From contig OZ320317.1 in assembly GCA_976226885.1 (NCBI GenBank), forward strand, positions 70,122,001 through 70,186,000: 64,000 nucleotides of DNA, in the 5' to 3' direction. A program made the position numbers and the translations under genes. Positions 23,416-33,439 of this stretch are shown here, one piece after another (the first letter of the stretch is position 1; each line of letters begins with the position of its first letter). This DNA comes from Iphione sp. A-MEVVRFRX5. Lineage: Eukaryota. The notes under the pieces are model-generated. The model worked only from the letters and a program-made list of their open reading frames with translations. It searched no databases and was not told the DNA's origin.

Positions 23416-26400
23416 TTACGAGCTCCCTTCCTTATTCGCGCGCCGCCACCAAGACGCGATCCAACGAGGTATCTCCCCACGATACAGTCGTAGGCGATTC
23501 CGGTGCACCACCTTGGGGCGAGCCCGGGCTGCCCGTTGGACCACCAATCGCTCTGGGTCCAGCACCTTGGTGACGAGCCATGGACCCGTCCAGGGCAAGT
23601 ATACTTTAGGGCTCTTCCCTCTGGGTGGTTGAGCTTCCTGTAACCACACCGCGTCCCCTTCCTGTAGGGGTTCCCCTTTTGCCTGGCGATCATATCCTCT
23701 AGCCTGCGTCCGTGCAGCCTTTACCAAGTGCTCCCGGACCGTCTGGTAAGCCCTCTTCAGCTGGCGTTGAAGGCGCTGTACCCACTCTGGCATAGTCACC
23801 TGTTCCTTCCCCTCCCACTCGCTAAGAGGGAGGCCATCCATCGCATGCGCTGGCAGGACCACCTCCCGACCGAACATCAGGAAGTTAGGTGTGAAGCCAG
23901 TACTGGCTTGGGGGGAAGCTCGGTACGCCATCATAAGCAGTGGGAGTGCTTCGTCCCAGTCGTCGTCGGTATCATGGCAGTGGGCTTTAATCATTTTCCC
24001 TAGCGTGCGAAAGCTCCTTTCGATAAATCCGTCCCCCTGGGGGTGCCTAGGGGTCGTCTTGGTTCGCTGGATTTGCAAGAACTCGCACAGAGCAGAAACA
24101 ACTTCGCTGCAGAAGTTGGTCCCTCTGTCGCTGTGGAGCTCCATGAAACATCCATACCGAGAGACCACCTCCTCCACTAGTACTTGTGCTATCCGGGTTG
24201 CCCTCTGATCAGGCAGTGGGAAGGCCTCTAGCCATTTAGTAAAGTGGTCCCCCACCATTAAGATATAACAGTTGCCCCGCTTGGTATGGGGGAACGGACT
24301 GGCCACGTCCATGGACCATCTCTCCATTGGCTCCCCGGACACATAAGTGCGCAGCGTTGTCTGTGGGCGGAAGGGGTTTACTGTGAGGAGGGCACAGTGG
24401 CATTTCGCACAGAAGTTTTGTATATCTTGTTGCATCCCAGGCCAGTAATATGCCAAAGACACCAAGAAGGTGGTACGGTCTATCCCTAAGTGGCTACCCA
24501 TCCGGCCTTGGTGGATTTCTTCGATAGCCTTGACTCGTCGCTGCGCAGGGAGTACCAGCTGCAAGCGTGTTCTTGAGGCTTCGAGCTCATGCCACCGCCG
24601 GTATAGCAGCCCCTCTTGGACCACCAGACGGTCCCACTGCTGCCATAGTTTCTTGGCCGCCCTTGACAAGGGAGAAATGTTTTCCCACTCTGGCCTACCA
24701 GACGTATCCTCCTTCAGCGTCAGGATAGGTCCAATATCTGGGTCATCCAGCTGCGCACCCCGAAGGGCGCGATCTGCCGCCCCCTGGGTGCGGCCTCGGG
24801 TGACGACTCGTACCTCCACCCCATGCTCTTGCTTGCACTGTTTACACGGCATTCGGGATAGAGCATCCGCATTACCATGTAGGCGCCCTGGTCGGTGCTG
24901 AAGGTGGAGGTGATATTGACCGATTCTCTCCAGCCATCGGGCTAACTGCCCCTCAGGGTCCCGAATACGGCTCAACCAGCTAACCGCCCCATTGTCCGTC
25001 CGCACCGTGACCTCCTGCCCGTATATAAAAAAATGAAAATGTTTCAAAGCAGCTACCACCGCCAGCAGCTCCCTCCGCATCACACAATACCTCCATTCCG
25101 GTGACGTGAGGCTGCGACTAAAGTATGCGAGGACTACCTCCTGGCCTTCCTGCTCTTGGGAAAGCACGGCTCCCAGCCCTACATTGCTGGCGTCTGTGTC
25201 CAAATAAAAACGTCCCTTAGGCATCGGGTAGCCCAGCACGGGACTGGCCTGCAATGCCCGTTTCAGGGCTTCGAAGGCCTCCTCTTCTTCGGGGCCCCAA
25301 TAAAACCGGGTCCGAGGGCTAGTCAGCCGGTGTAGGGGTGCTGCTAGATCGGCGAAATGAGCCACCAGACGGCGGTAGTAGGAACAAAGTCCGAGAAAGG
25401 CTCTTATGTCAGTAGTGGAAGTCGGCTTCGGCCATTCCTGGATACACTGCACCTTCCCGGGATCTGCCGAAATCCCCCGATAGGACACCCGATGCCCCAG
25501 GAAGGGAACCTCCTCAAGGAACAAACGGCATTTAGCCAGTTTCAATTTTAAACCAGCAGCCTCAATTCGAGAGAGCACCCGATCCAACCGAGCTAGCGTC
25601 TCCCCAAAATCCCGCCCGAATACCAATACGTCGTCCAGATAGACTAGACATTGCTCCCAGGTCAGTCCCCTGAGTACCGTGTCCATTAAGCGCTCAAACG
25701 TAGCGGGAGCGTTGACCAACCCAAACGGCATCACCGTAAACTCGTACAACCCCGAGGATGTGGTGAAGGCCGTCTTTTCCTGGTCCCGCGGATCCATCTT
25801 AACCTGCCAATAGCCCGATGCTAAGTCTAACGAACAAAAGTACCGAGCTCCCGCCAGTGCGCTTAACGAATCATCAACTCTGGGTAGGGGATACGCATCA
25901 ACCTTCGTCTGTTGGTTTAGTTTCCGGTAATCGACACAGAAACGAGTAGTCCCATCCTTCTTGCGTACCATGACTACGGGACTTGCCCAGGGGCTCTGGC
26001 TCTCGACAATGACCCCGGCCTCTGCCATTTCCCTTACTAGTTGCTGTTCTTCCTGTCTTTTTGACAGGGGCAGGCGCCGAGGTTGCTGTTTAATGGGACC
26101 TGACTCCCCCGTGCAAATACGATGTTGCACCACGTCCGTACAACCCAAATCACCTTTGTGTTGTGTAAAGGCCCCCCTGTGCCGTTCTAACACCACCCGC
26201 AGCTCTCCCTGTTCCCCTCCAGTGAGGTGAACTGTCTTAGTGGCCATCAACTCATCTATCACGGTCCCTGCCCCCACCTTTGTGGTAGCCACTTTCAGGG
26301 GGTGATCTTGAGGGCAGTCAGTAACCTCCTCCCTCTGCACTGGCGAGCCAAGGGCTAGAGACGTCCCCTGTTGGATCAACAGTTCCCTCTCCCCAGTGTT

Positions 26401-27006
26401 CCACACGGGCAGCACCTGGCTTACAATGCAGCGCACTCCTACCACCCCTTGTAATAACTGACCCTCCTCTAAGCCCTCTACCAAGAATGGGCCCTCTCCA
26501 CTGGGAGACACTGGGACCCCCACCCCTTCCCCAGGGGGAACCGTAATATCGGAGGCTGCCCTCAGTACCTTAACTCCTCTGGTCTGTTCCTTCCCCCTAG
26601 GGGTCCCTCCAAACAAAACCTCCCCCTGTGACAAGTCAATGACAGTGCCATGCTGGGTCAAGAAATCTGCCCCCAATATCCCATCCCCTTCTATCTCTGC
26701 TAACAGGAAGTGGTGTTTGAATTCTTTTCCAGCAATCCCTACTTGAACTTCCTCTCTCCCTACCGTTGGCAGGATATGGCCCCCTACCCCCATAACCTTC
26801 ACAGCAGCCCTCTTAACAACTGGGCCAGGGACCACACAGGGATTCATAATGGAAACTTCAGCACCCGTATCAATAAGCAGTAGGAGTGTCCTCCCACCAC
26901 AGCTTACCTTGAGATGTGGTCCCTGGCCGTATTCCATTATCACCTCCTGGTGGACAGATGCAGTCGGTGTCCCCTGGCCTACTGAGCCGACTGCTGTGTG
27001 TTTTCC
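23416..27006 (-). CDS. pol: Pol polyprotein (protease, reverse transcriptase, RNase H, integrase), probably expressed by -1 frameshift from gag
   Basis: The 1175-aa ORF 23416-26943 contains LLIDTGA (PR), FCVDYRKLN and YLDD (RT), LDTDAS (RNase H), H...H...CAKC plus SMDV/HSDRG/IERS (integrase) and WTGPW (GPY/F). The frame is open up to 27012. Confidence 0.97.
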   Translation of the reverse strand, partial: GKHTAVGSVGQGTPTASVHQEVIMEYGQGPHLKVSCGGRTLLLLIDTGAEVSIMNPCVVPGPVVKRAAVKVMGVGGHILPTVGREEVQVGIAGKEFKHHFLLAEIEGDGILGADFLTQHGTVIDLSQGEVLFGGTPRGKEQTRGVKVLRAASDITVPPGEGVGVPVSPSGEGPFLVEGLEEGQLLQGVVGVRCIVSQVLPVWNTGERELLIQQGTSLALGSPVQREEVTDCPQDHPLKVATTKVGAGTVIDELMATKTVHLTGGEQGELRVVLERHRGAFTQHKGDLGCTDVVQHRICTGESGPIKQQPRRLPLSKRQEEQQLVREMAEAGVIVESQSPWASPVVMVRKKDGTTRFCVDYRKLNQQTKVDAYPLPRVDDSLSALAGARYFCSLDLASGYWQVKMDPRDQEKTAFTTSSGLYEFTVMPFGLVNAPATFERLMDTVLRGLTWEQCLVYLDDVLVFGRDFGETLARLDRVLSRIEAAGLKLKLAKCRLFLEEVPFLGHRVSYRGISADPGKVQCIQEWPKPTSTTDIRAFLGLCSYYRRLVAHFADLAAPLHRLTSPRTRFYWGPEEEEAFEALKRALQASPVLGYPMPKGRFYLDTDASNVGLGAVLSQEQEGQEVVLAYFSRSLTSPEWRYCVMRRELLAVVAALKHFHFFIYGQEVTVRTDNGAVSWLSRIRDPEGQLARWLERIGQYHLHLQHRPGRLHGNADALSRMPCKQCKQEHGVEVRVVTRGRTQGAADRALRGAQLDDPDIGPILTLKEDTSGRPEWENISPLSRAAKKLWQQWDRLVVQEGLLYRRWHELEASRTRLQLVLPAQRRVKAIEEIHQGRMGSHLGIDRTTFLVSLAYYWPGMQQDIQNFCAKCHCALLTVNPFRPQTTLRTYVSGEPMERWSMDVASPFPHTKRGNCYILMVGDHFTKWLEAFPLPDQRATRIAQVLVEEVVSRYGCFMELHSDRGTNFCSEVVSALCEFLQIQRTKTTPRHPQGDGFIERSFRTLGKMIKAHCHDTDDDWDEALPLLMMAYRASPQASTGFTPNFLMFGREVVLPAHAMDGLPLSEWEGKEQVTMPEWVQRLQRQLKRAYQTVREHLVKAARTQARGYDRQAKGEPLQEGDAVWLQEAQPPRGKSPKVYLPWTGPWLVTKVLDPERLVVQRAARARPKVVHRNRLRLYRGEIPRWIASWWRRANKEGSS

Positions 27007-27845
27007 GACGGTTTAGGCCCTGTAGCGTTCGATGCTTGCTGTGGGGCTTTCGGGCAATCTCTCTTCCAGTGACCCGGTTGCTTGCAGATGAAACACAAAT
27101 TGTCCCTGGGCCGAGACCTCTGAGGTCGCAGTTCCTCCCGTAGTTTGGCAAACTCCTGCATTAGGACTTCCACCATGTCCTTGGGTGCTGGGCTGTTAGA
27201 ATCCTTGTTGCCACTTGCTTGTATGGCATTCACTCTCCTCGCGGGGAACCGCTCCTGGATCTCCACTACCTGTAGTGCAGCCTCCATGGTCTTGCATTGG
27301 GCTTCTAAACATTTCAAATGCAGGTCGTCCGGGAGTGCCCGTTGGAAGGCCGACACTGCTGCTAATTCTCGTGTTTCCGCACTCACATCGGGGTACGCGG
27401 TGCGTACAAGTCGTCGGACTTTGTCAGCAAACCCCTTAGCATCCTCCCCTTTCTGCCTGCAGATCGTGGACAGGTCTTGCATAGCCGTCACTCGATTGCG
27501 TCGACGCCCAAACCGCTTCTCCAAGGCAGCTACCCTGGACTCAAAGTCGGCCTTGTCCTCCGATGGGAGGTCTCCAAAGTACATTTGGGCGGTGCCAGTC
27601 AACGACAGAGCCAGTGCTGAAGCTCTTGTGTTCGGACTCCACTTGCATGCATCTGCCCATTCGACAAACTGGACAATCCAGCTGTCCCAGTCGACTACGC
27701 TGCCATCGAATCGCTTGGGCTTCATGGCGTTGGTGCGTAGTGGCTCCTCTGGGGCTAACACATAAGGTTCAGCTTCCTCTTCATCATCCGCATCCGGTAC
27801 GCGCAACTGTACCTCGTCATCAACTGCCACAAACTTAGTAGCCAT
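26979..27845 (-). CDS. gag: Gag, 288 aa, with a CCHC zinc knuckle
   Basis: KPKRFDGSVVDWDSWIVQF capsid-like start; CFICKQPGHWKRDC knuckle; ATG just after the PBS. Confidence 0.95.
   Translation of the reverse strand: MATKFVAVDDEVQLRVPDADDEEEAEPYVLAPEEPLRTNAMKPKRFDGSVVDWDSWIVQFVEWADACKWSPNTRASALALSLTGTAQMYFGDLPSEDKADFESRVAALEKRFGRRRNRVTAMQDLSTICRQKGEDAKGFADKVRRLVRTAYPDVSAETRELAAVSAFQRALPDDLHLKCLEAQCKTMEAALQVVEIQERFPARRVNAIQASGNKDSNSPAPKDMVEVLMQEFAKLREELRPQRSRPRDNLCFICKQPGHWKRDCPKAPQQASNATGPKPSENTQQSAQ
27000..27006 (-). other. Candidate -1 ribosomal frameshift site G_GAA_AAC
   Basis: In the gag frame (TCG GAA AAC), inside the gag/pol overlap; pol is in the -1 frame. Confidence 0.6.
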
Positions 27846-27857
27846 GATGTACAGTGG

Positions 27858-27875
27858 ATCCCACTTCTGACACCA
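27858..27875 (-). other. Primer-binding site complementary to the tRNA-Leu 3' end
   Basis: TGGTGTCAGAAGTGGGAT, 1 nt from the 5' LTR; complementary to ...ATCCCACTTCTGACACCA of tRNA-Leu(CAA/CAG type). Confidence 0.88.
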
Positions 27876-27876
27876 G

Positions 27877-28353
27877 TGTAGTTTCTACTTGGGTTCAATA
27901 AAGAACTGACAACTCTGAGTCCTGATTCAAAACTGTCTTTATTCAGGTTCCCTCTCATATTTATATCTTTTCTCCAATCCAGGCACTAGCCAATCATCTG
28001 TCAGTAACAGAGTAAGAAAATACATTGTTACCTTCTTTAACAGCCCTTTCAACTAACCCACCAACCAGGAGAGAGCAAAGTATCACTTTTTGGGCTGTGG
28101 GACCACAGCCGAGTGCTGCCGATCCAATCACAAGAGAGCTTTGAGACTCCAGGGTAGTTTGTTTTAAATCCAGGGGTGGCTGTGGTACCACAGTGACCCT
28201 TAGTGCATGTGCACCGAGTCCAGTACTCTTGCACTTACTTCGTTTGACCAGTGCACCCCGACTGTGGCACCACACACTTCTGCGCACAGGGCGTGCGCCC
28301 GTGCCTCCACCTGTGGCACCACAGCTCACGGCCAGCTCCTGCATACCACTACA
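27877..28353 (-). repeat. 5' LTR
   Basis: 477 bp, TG...CA, followed by the TSD ATAC. Confidence 0.97.
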
Positions 28354-28858
28354 ATACAATGAAATGAAATGAAACATTCGATCCTACCCCTGGACGGAAC
28401 TAACACAATGGGCAGTTAATCTTATATTGTCTGAAGGACATCCATTGAGATACACAATGAGTTTTGCATACCTTTGATAGCGTGTTTACATCACTAACGT
28501 ATATAAGTAAGGAGTTGCATGTCCCTAGTGGGACTCGCTTGTAAACAACTGGGAAATCTGTCCTGTGCTCTGCAATAAAGGCCTGACGAGAAGAACCTAT
28601 GTGTGGTGTATTTATTGTTACAAATGACTTCGGAGGGATGTGGCACAAAAATAGTCCCCCCACTGGTGCTGAACTTTGTTCCTCAAAACCTACCGGTAGT
28701 GTTTCTTGGACTCATAGTTATACCATATTGTCTTTTTTTTTCACCCAAATCTTATAGTCTCTTACTTCATGATGAGGCCAGCCACAGACTAGACAGTCCC
28801 CTAGATAATGCTGATAATACTCATTTTTTCCAAGGCAGTTATCCCAGATATCCAGAGT

Positions 28859-29015
28859 CAGGCCCGTAGCCAAGGGGGTATCGGACGATACCCCCCAAAG
28901 AGTTTGATTACCGGTACTATAGTTCCTTATATGGATTTTAAAAAATTAGTTCCACCTCTGTGGTATTGGGGGTATCGTCCGGTACCCCCCACAAAAAGCC
29001 CTGGCTACGGGCCTG
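28859..29015. mobile_element. 157-bp MITE with CAGGCCCGTAGCCA terminal inverted repeats (TIRs) and a 5-bp TSD (hAT5-like)
   Basis: CAGGCCCGTAGCCA...TGGCTACGGGCCTG, flanked by AGAGT on both sides. Confidence 0.8.
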
Positions 29016-30189
29016 AGAGTCCAAAAGTGTTAAGGTTAAACCCTGCCCTACAGCATTAACAATGTTCAAATATGTTTATGGAACACTGTGGTTATTGGTT
29101 AGGCCTATAGGTTAGGGGTGGGGGGGAACATTCAGGCATTGTATAAATTTTAAAACATAATGACTAGGTAACATTAGATTGAAATATTCGTAGAACATTG
29201 TAGTTGGGATAGTAATGTTTCTAAAACTTAAGTTGAACTTAGGTTACACCAAATAATGAACAAAAGGAATTATTTGACATACCGGGTACGGAAATTTAAT
29301 AACAGGTGAAGATAGTTCAGTGGGTAAGAATCAAACAAGTGGCTTTTAAATACCACAATGCCAAGTGAAATCTCCATAGAATAAAAAAATACCATAACAA
29401 CAGGGAAGTCATGAAACATAATATATTGAATAAAATATACTATATTTTGAATATTAAAATACTGTAATTTAGAATATTTTAAAATCATTTTAAAGAATAT
29501 TTCTGAATGTTGGAAATACACATTCTATAAATGTTTATGTATGTGAATTCACCTTTTAACATTCCCTAAATGTTATTTCACAACATATTCATACCAAACT
29601 CCAATATCTATATAATAATTTTACAACATTAATTGCTAAAATCACACCTTAATATTATGACCTAGGAGGGGAAGGAATAGGAACAAGGAAACAGAGTAGG
29701 GCAGAAAAAGGGAAAACGGAGAAAACTTAAGAAGGATAAATGGAAAACCTATCCAAAAAAATTGGAGAGGAGTATAGATAGTGGCCAGTATGGGGAGATG
29801 ACTCTCACCCATAAGAATTGATCAGTCACAAACTGGGTCGGCAAATTCAAAGACGGAGTCATCAAACAAGATCTCCCCCACCACCCTGTTTTAGACAAAA
29901 AGAAACATGGCAGAAATGGGTTAAAAAATCAATTCCACAGTGTAGTATCCTGGATAACGTTAGAACTCTCCTGTATACTTCAGCAATAAAGCTGCTTCCT
30001 GTTACCATCAAAATGGAGTCCAGTCTTGTCTTTCACTACCTCTAAAGTAAATCACAAATATACAGCACACAGAAATATGTATCAGTCCTGGAGAATACAT
30101 GAAAAATGTAGGTTAAACCAATAAGAATAAGTTACTGTACCTTGTATTCTTAATGTATTTGTTCAATAGGAACTGGCGGTTTTAAATGT

Positions 30190-31830
30190 TCCTGATAAAA
30201 ACTCATCACATGAGAGATTGCCAAAGTATACAAGTGATTAACTATGTATTCTCCAGGGCGAACTGCAAAAATTCCATATTGCCCTCTCCCCACCTTGCCA
30301 CCCTCCTCAACGCAGAGGGACGGTTACACCCGGGGTCAACATGGGGAGGGGCCAGTTTGGCCTCCTCCCTGTCTTCTCTCTTCTCTGCTTGGCCACCCAT
30401 CATGTCCTTGGTCTCCATGCCCACTGGATCTCAGGGTCCCTGCTGGCCACTCCTTCGGTTGGGGGGGGCCGCCGAGGTCACAGTTTGTAGACCTTTATGG
30501 TTCCCTCAACCTTGACATACTGTACCTCTTTAGTCCCCATGGTCTCTTGTCTAGGGCCAGCCTTGGGCGAGCCATCCTGACCTCTTCCTCACTGGAGGTG
30601 GGCAGTGCCTTCGCAAGTGCCTCTCCCTGTACTTCGGTTACTGGCATCAGACACTCACCCTTTCCATCTCCAGCTGGCTGGCCCACCAGGATTAAGGCAA
30701 TCTCCTCCCCAAACAAGTCAGGCAGGACCACCTGCACCTCCGCAATCTTCTTGAGCAAAGCCCTTGGGCACTCCTCCACCTCTTGGAGGATCATCTTCAT
30801 TGCCATGCTCAGGGTATCCAGGATGGGCAGCAGGACTGGGATGGAGAGTTGGGAGAGCCAGCCTCCAAATGACCTCTTGGACACTGGCGTGGTCAGCTGG
30901 GGCATTGCGGCTTTTCCATGCAGGGATGGGGGGAGGTCCCCAGGCTTCGAAGTTGCAGCGTCATCAGTGGGAGGCCTCCAGGTTGACCCCTACCTTTCTT
31001 CACAGCAGAGGTCGCAGTCTCTGGAGTACCTGCTTTTCTCTTACTCATTTCCCCCCAGGGGTCCAAGGGGTGTCAAGCATTATGGTAGCTTCTAGCAGTG
31101 CCCTCTTGAGAATACGTGTATCTGTCTTGAGAATACGTGTATCTGCAGACTACCCAGGCATAATCTTCTTTTAAGTGCATGAACCGATGGCAACAGAGGT
31201 TATCTCAGCAATCACACATAAATTTCCAGCTCATATTGCAGGTGAACATATAGTCCTTCAGCTTTCTCTGCATGATGAAGGGAGATCTGAGCTCCATTCA
31301 AGAATGGTCATCCCCAAGGGGTGACGTGACCTTTACCAATGGCAACAGAGGTTATCCCAGCAATCACACATAAATCCTTCAGTTTCCTCAGCATGATGAG
31401 GGGAGATCTGAGCTTCATTCAAGAATGGTCATCCCCAAGGGGTGACGTGCCTTTATATGTCACCTGAGGTGAGGTACCTCTGCAAGTCCTTCTGGAAATC
31501 CCTCCACCTCCTTCTGATTGGTAAAACTTTCCCGCCGAATCACCATGACATTAGCGGTCACTTCACAGAAGTCCCTCTGCCCCTACACCTCTTGATCTGT
31601 CTTCAGGCAGGGTTCCAACAACACCGTGTGCACCATTCGCTCTCTTGTTCTTTTCTTGATTGGATACAGTGCTGCTAAAAGGGCTTCCTGAACCTTCCAG
31701 CCCCCCCCCCTCCAAGAAGAGCTGCACGTTTGGCGAGAGCCCTAACTTCTTGACTGGATTGAACACATACACCTCTTGTCCTGGCCAGTAGTCCACCTCT
31801 CTCACCTGCTGGTCATACCAATCCCTCTGG
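30190..31830 (-). mobile_element. Decayed Gypsy 3' remnant: integrase C-terminus, a ~150-bp tandem duplication and a GC-rich accessory ORF relic
   Basis: YQRDWYDQQVREVDYWPGQEVYVFNPVKKLGLSP resembles a Gypsy integrase C-terminus; duplicated block at ~31185-31450; broken ORFs at 30242-30905. Confidence 0.65.
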
Positions 31831-32899
31831 TACCATACCCCTACCTGTAGGTGCACAAAGGTGACTGCATGGCAAGTGTCTGAACAAACACAAATTGTCA
31901 AGGTACAATTAGGTGAGCTGTTACTTAGCTGATCGGACACAGCAGTGGCTGGATGGGGTGTCCAAGCAAACAACTTGTTCTCTATTAGTGTCCAAAGAAA
32001 TGGGGAGTGGATGTGCCATTGTCCAAACACAACACACCGGTGTCCAATTGCAGCCCCAAGTGGACTCGCCTGTGTCCGAACATACCATCACCATCGACAG
32101 CTCTATTCAAAGTGAGGTGGATTGGCACACCTAGCCAACAGGTCACTACCAGTGGGACGCTCTGTTAAATCTGTTAAGAGATAAAACATTACTCCCTTAA
32201 GAGTAATACCTATTTTACAGTTTTTTTACTGAACTTCCATGGATTTTGTTGTTTTTCTATTGAATTTACCAAAAACATGGGTAAACATATGTGAAAACAC
32301 ATATCTAAGGAAATTCAGCCTTGAAAACTATTTGGGGCAGAACAAAGTTTAGGTAGAGTGAGGTCTTACTAGGTAGGGGTGGGAAACCAGAATCACACCT
32401 ATTTTTTTCTTGGCCTCAGTAAAGAGCAACAGCCCTTAACTTAACAACAAATATTATCTCTTTTCATACTTCAGTGCAAAAGTGCCACTGATATACATGT
32501 AACATGAAATTAGGAGCTTATCATAACGTATCTATTCAATTTGACCTCAGACAGCAAGGCTGTCTAGCTGGTGATGTATGTTCATTTTATATCACCGTTT
32601 AGCCAGATATGCAAAGCCAATATCCTGAGAGGTGTAACCAATGGAAGACGGTGGTCCTATGTTTTGGATATGGAGTAAATTTCATTTTTTAAAATTATAT
32701 AGGTGTTGACGTGGGTCAGGCATGGGACCGTGAAACATAAGGACAACTGGCTGAAGTTAGGTGTGCATCATAAGGCTGCCTTCCCCTCCTAAACAGCTGA
32801 AGTTATAATAGTGGGGTAGATATGTGAAATAGGTGGGCACTTGTGGCAGAAAGTGTGAAAATTTGTACCAAGGAGTATTTCGGTATCTAGAATTAAAAA

Positions 32900-33290
32900 A
32901 TTGCTAGATCCAAGAGATCTAACCAAGCAGTCAGCCACCATCTTGAAATTTCTAGATGACCGCAATGATAAAGGGGTTGGTAGCCAATATCATAGCTTGT
33001 GGACCCATGCCAATGAAATTTGGTATTCTGATGCATTTTCATGTTTAAGCTCAAAAATTGCCAGATCCAAGAGGTCTGACCAATGAGTTGGCTGCCATCT
33101 TGAATTTTCTAGATGGCCATCATGATAAAGGGTTGGAAGGCAATATCATAGCTTGTAGAGCACCCATGCCAATGAAATTTGGTAATCTGGTGTATTTTGA
33201 TGTGCTAAGCTAAAAAATTGCCAAATTGAGAGGTCTGCTGGCAGCCATCTTGAATTTTCAAAATGGCCACCATGATGAAAGTTTGGATCC
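32900..33290. repeat. ~165-bp degenerate tandem repeats, possibly DNA-transposon subterminal repeats
   Basis: GATCCAAGAG...GCCATCTTGAA...GATAAAGGG...CAATATCATAGCTTGT...CCCATGCCAATGAAATTTGGTA recurs ~2.5 times. Confidence 0.7.
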
Positions 33291-33439
33291 CAATGAATGA
33301 TATATGGTATACAATTGTATGGTTACACTGATTGTTCCTCCTCTCTTCTAATCTTTGAAACACTGTCCTGAACAGAAGCAAAGTTCTGTGTAAGAAAGAT
33401 TCGCTACAAAACATGTGCAGTTCCCAGTGCAGCATTTCT

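Larger units (their letters stand above)
18368..28353 (-). mobile_element. Full-length Ty3/Gypsy LTR retrotransposon with a large accessory region
   Basis: Two 477-bp TG...CA LTRs; 4-bp TSD ATAC (18364-18367 and 28354-28357); PBS; PPT; intact gag; pol in PR-RT-RH-INT order. Confidence 0.98.

Noticed and set aside
22867-23693. Several 90-240-aa ORFs on both strands over the minisatellite
   Set aside because: They arise from a stop-poor GC-rich repeat, and the 45/46-bp units scramble the frame.
23728-27838. Plus-strand ORFs opposite gag/pol
   Set aside because: Antisense shadows of the coding strand, with no promoter or splice support.
29090-29260. TTAGG-like words as an interstitial telomere
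   Set aside because: Only scattered single units in AT-rich DNA; no tandem array.
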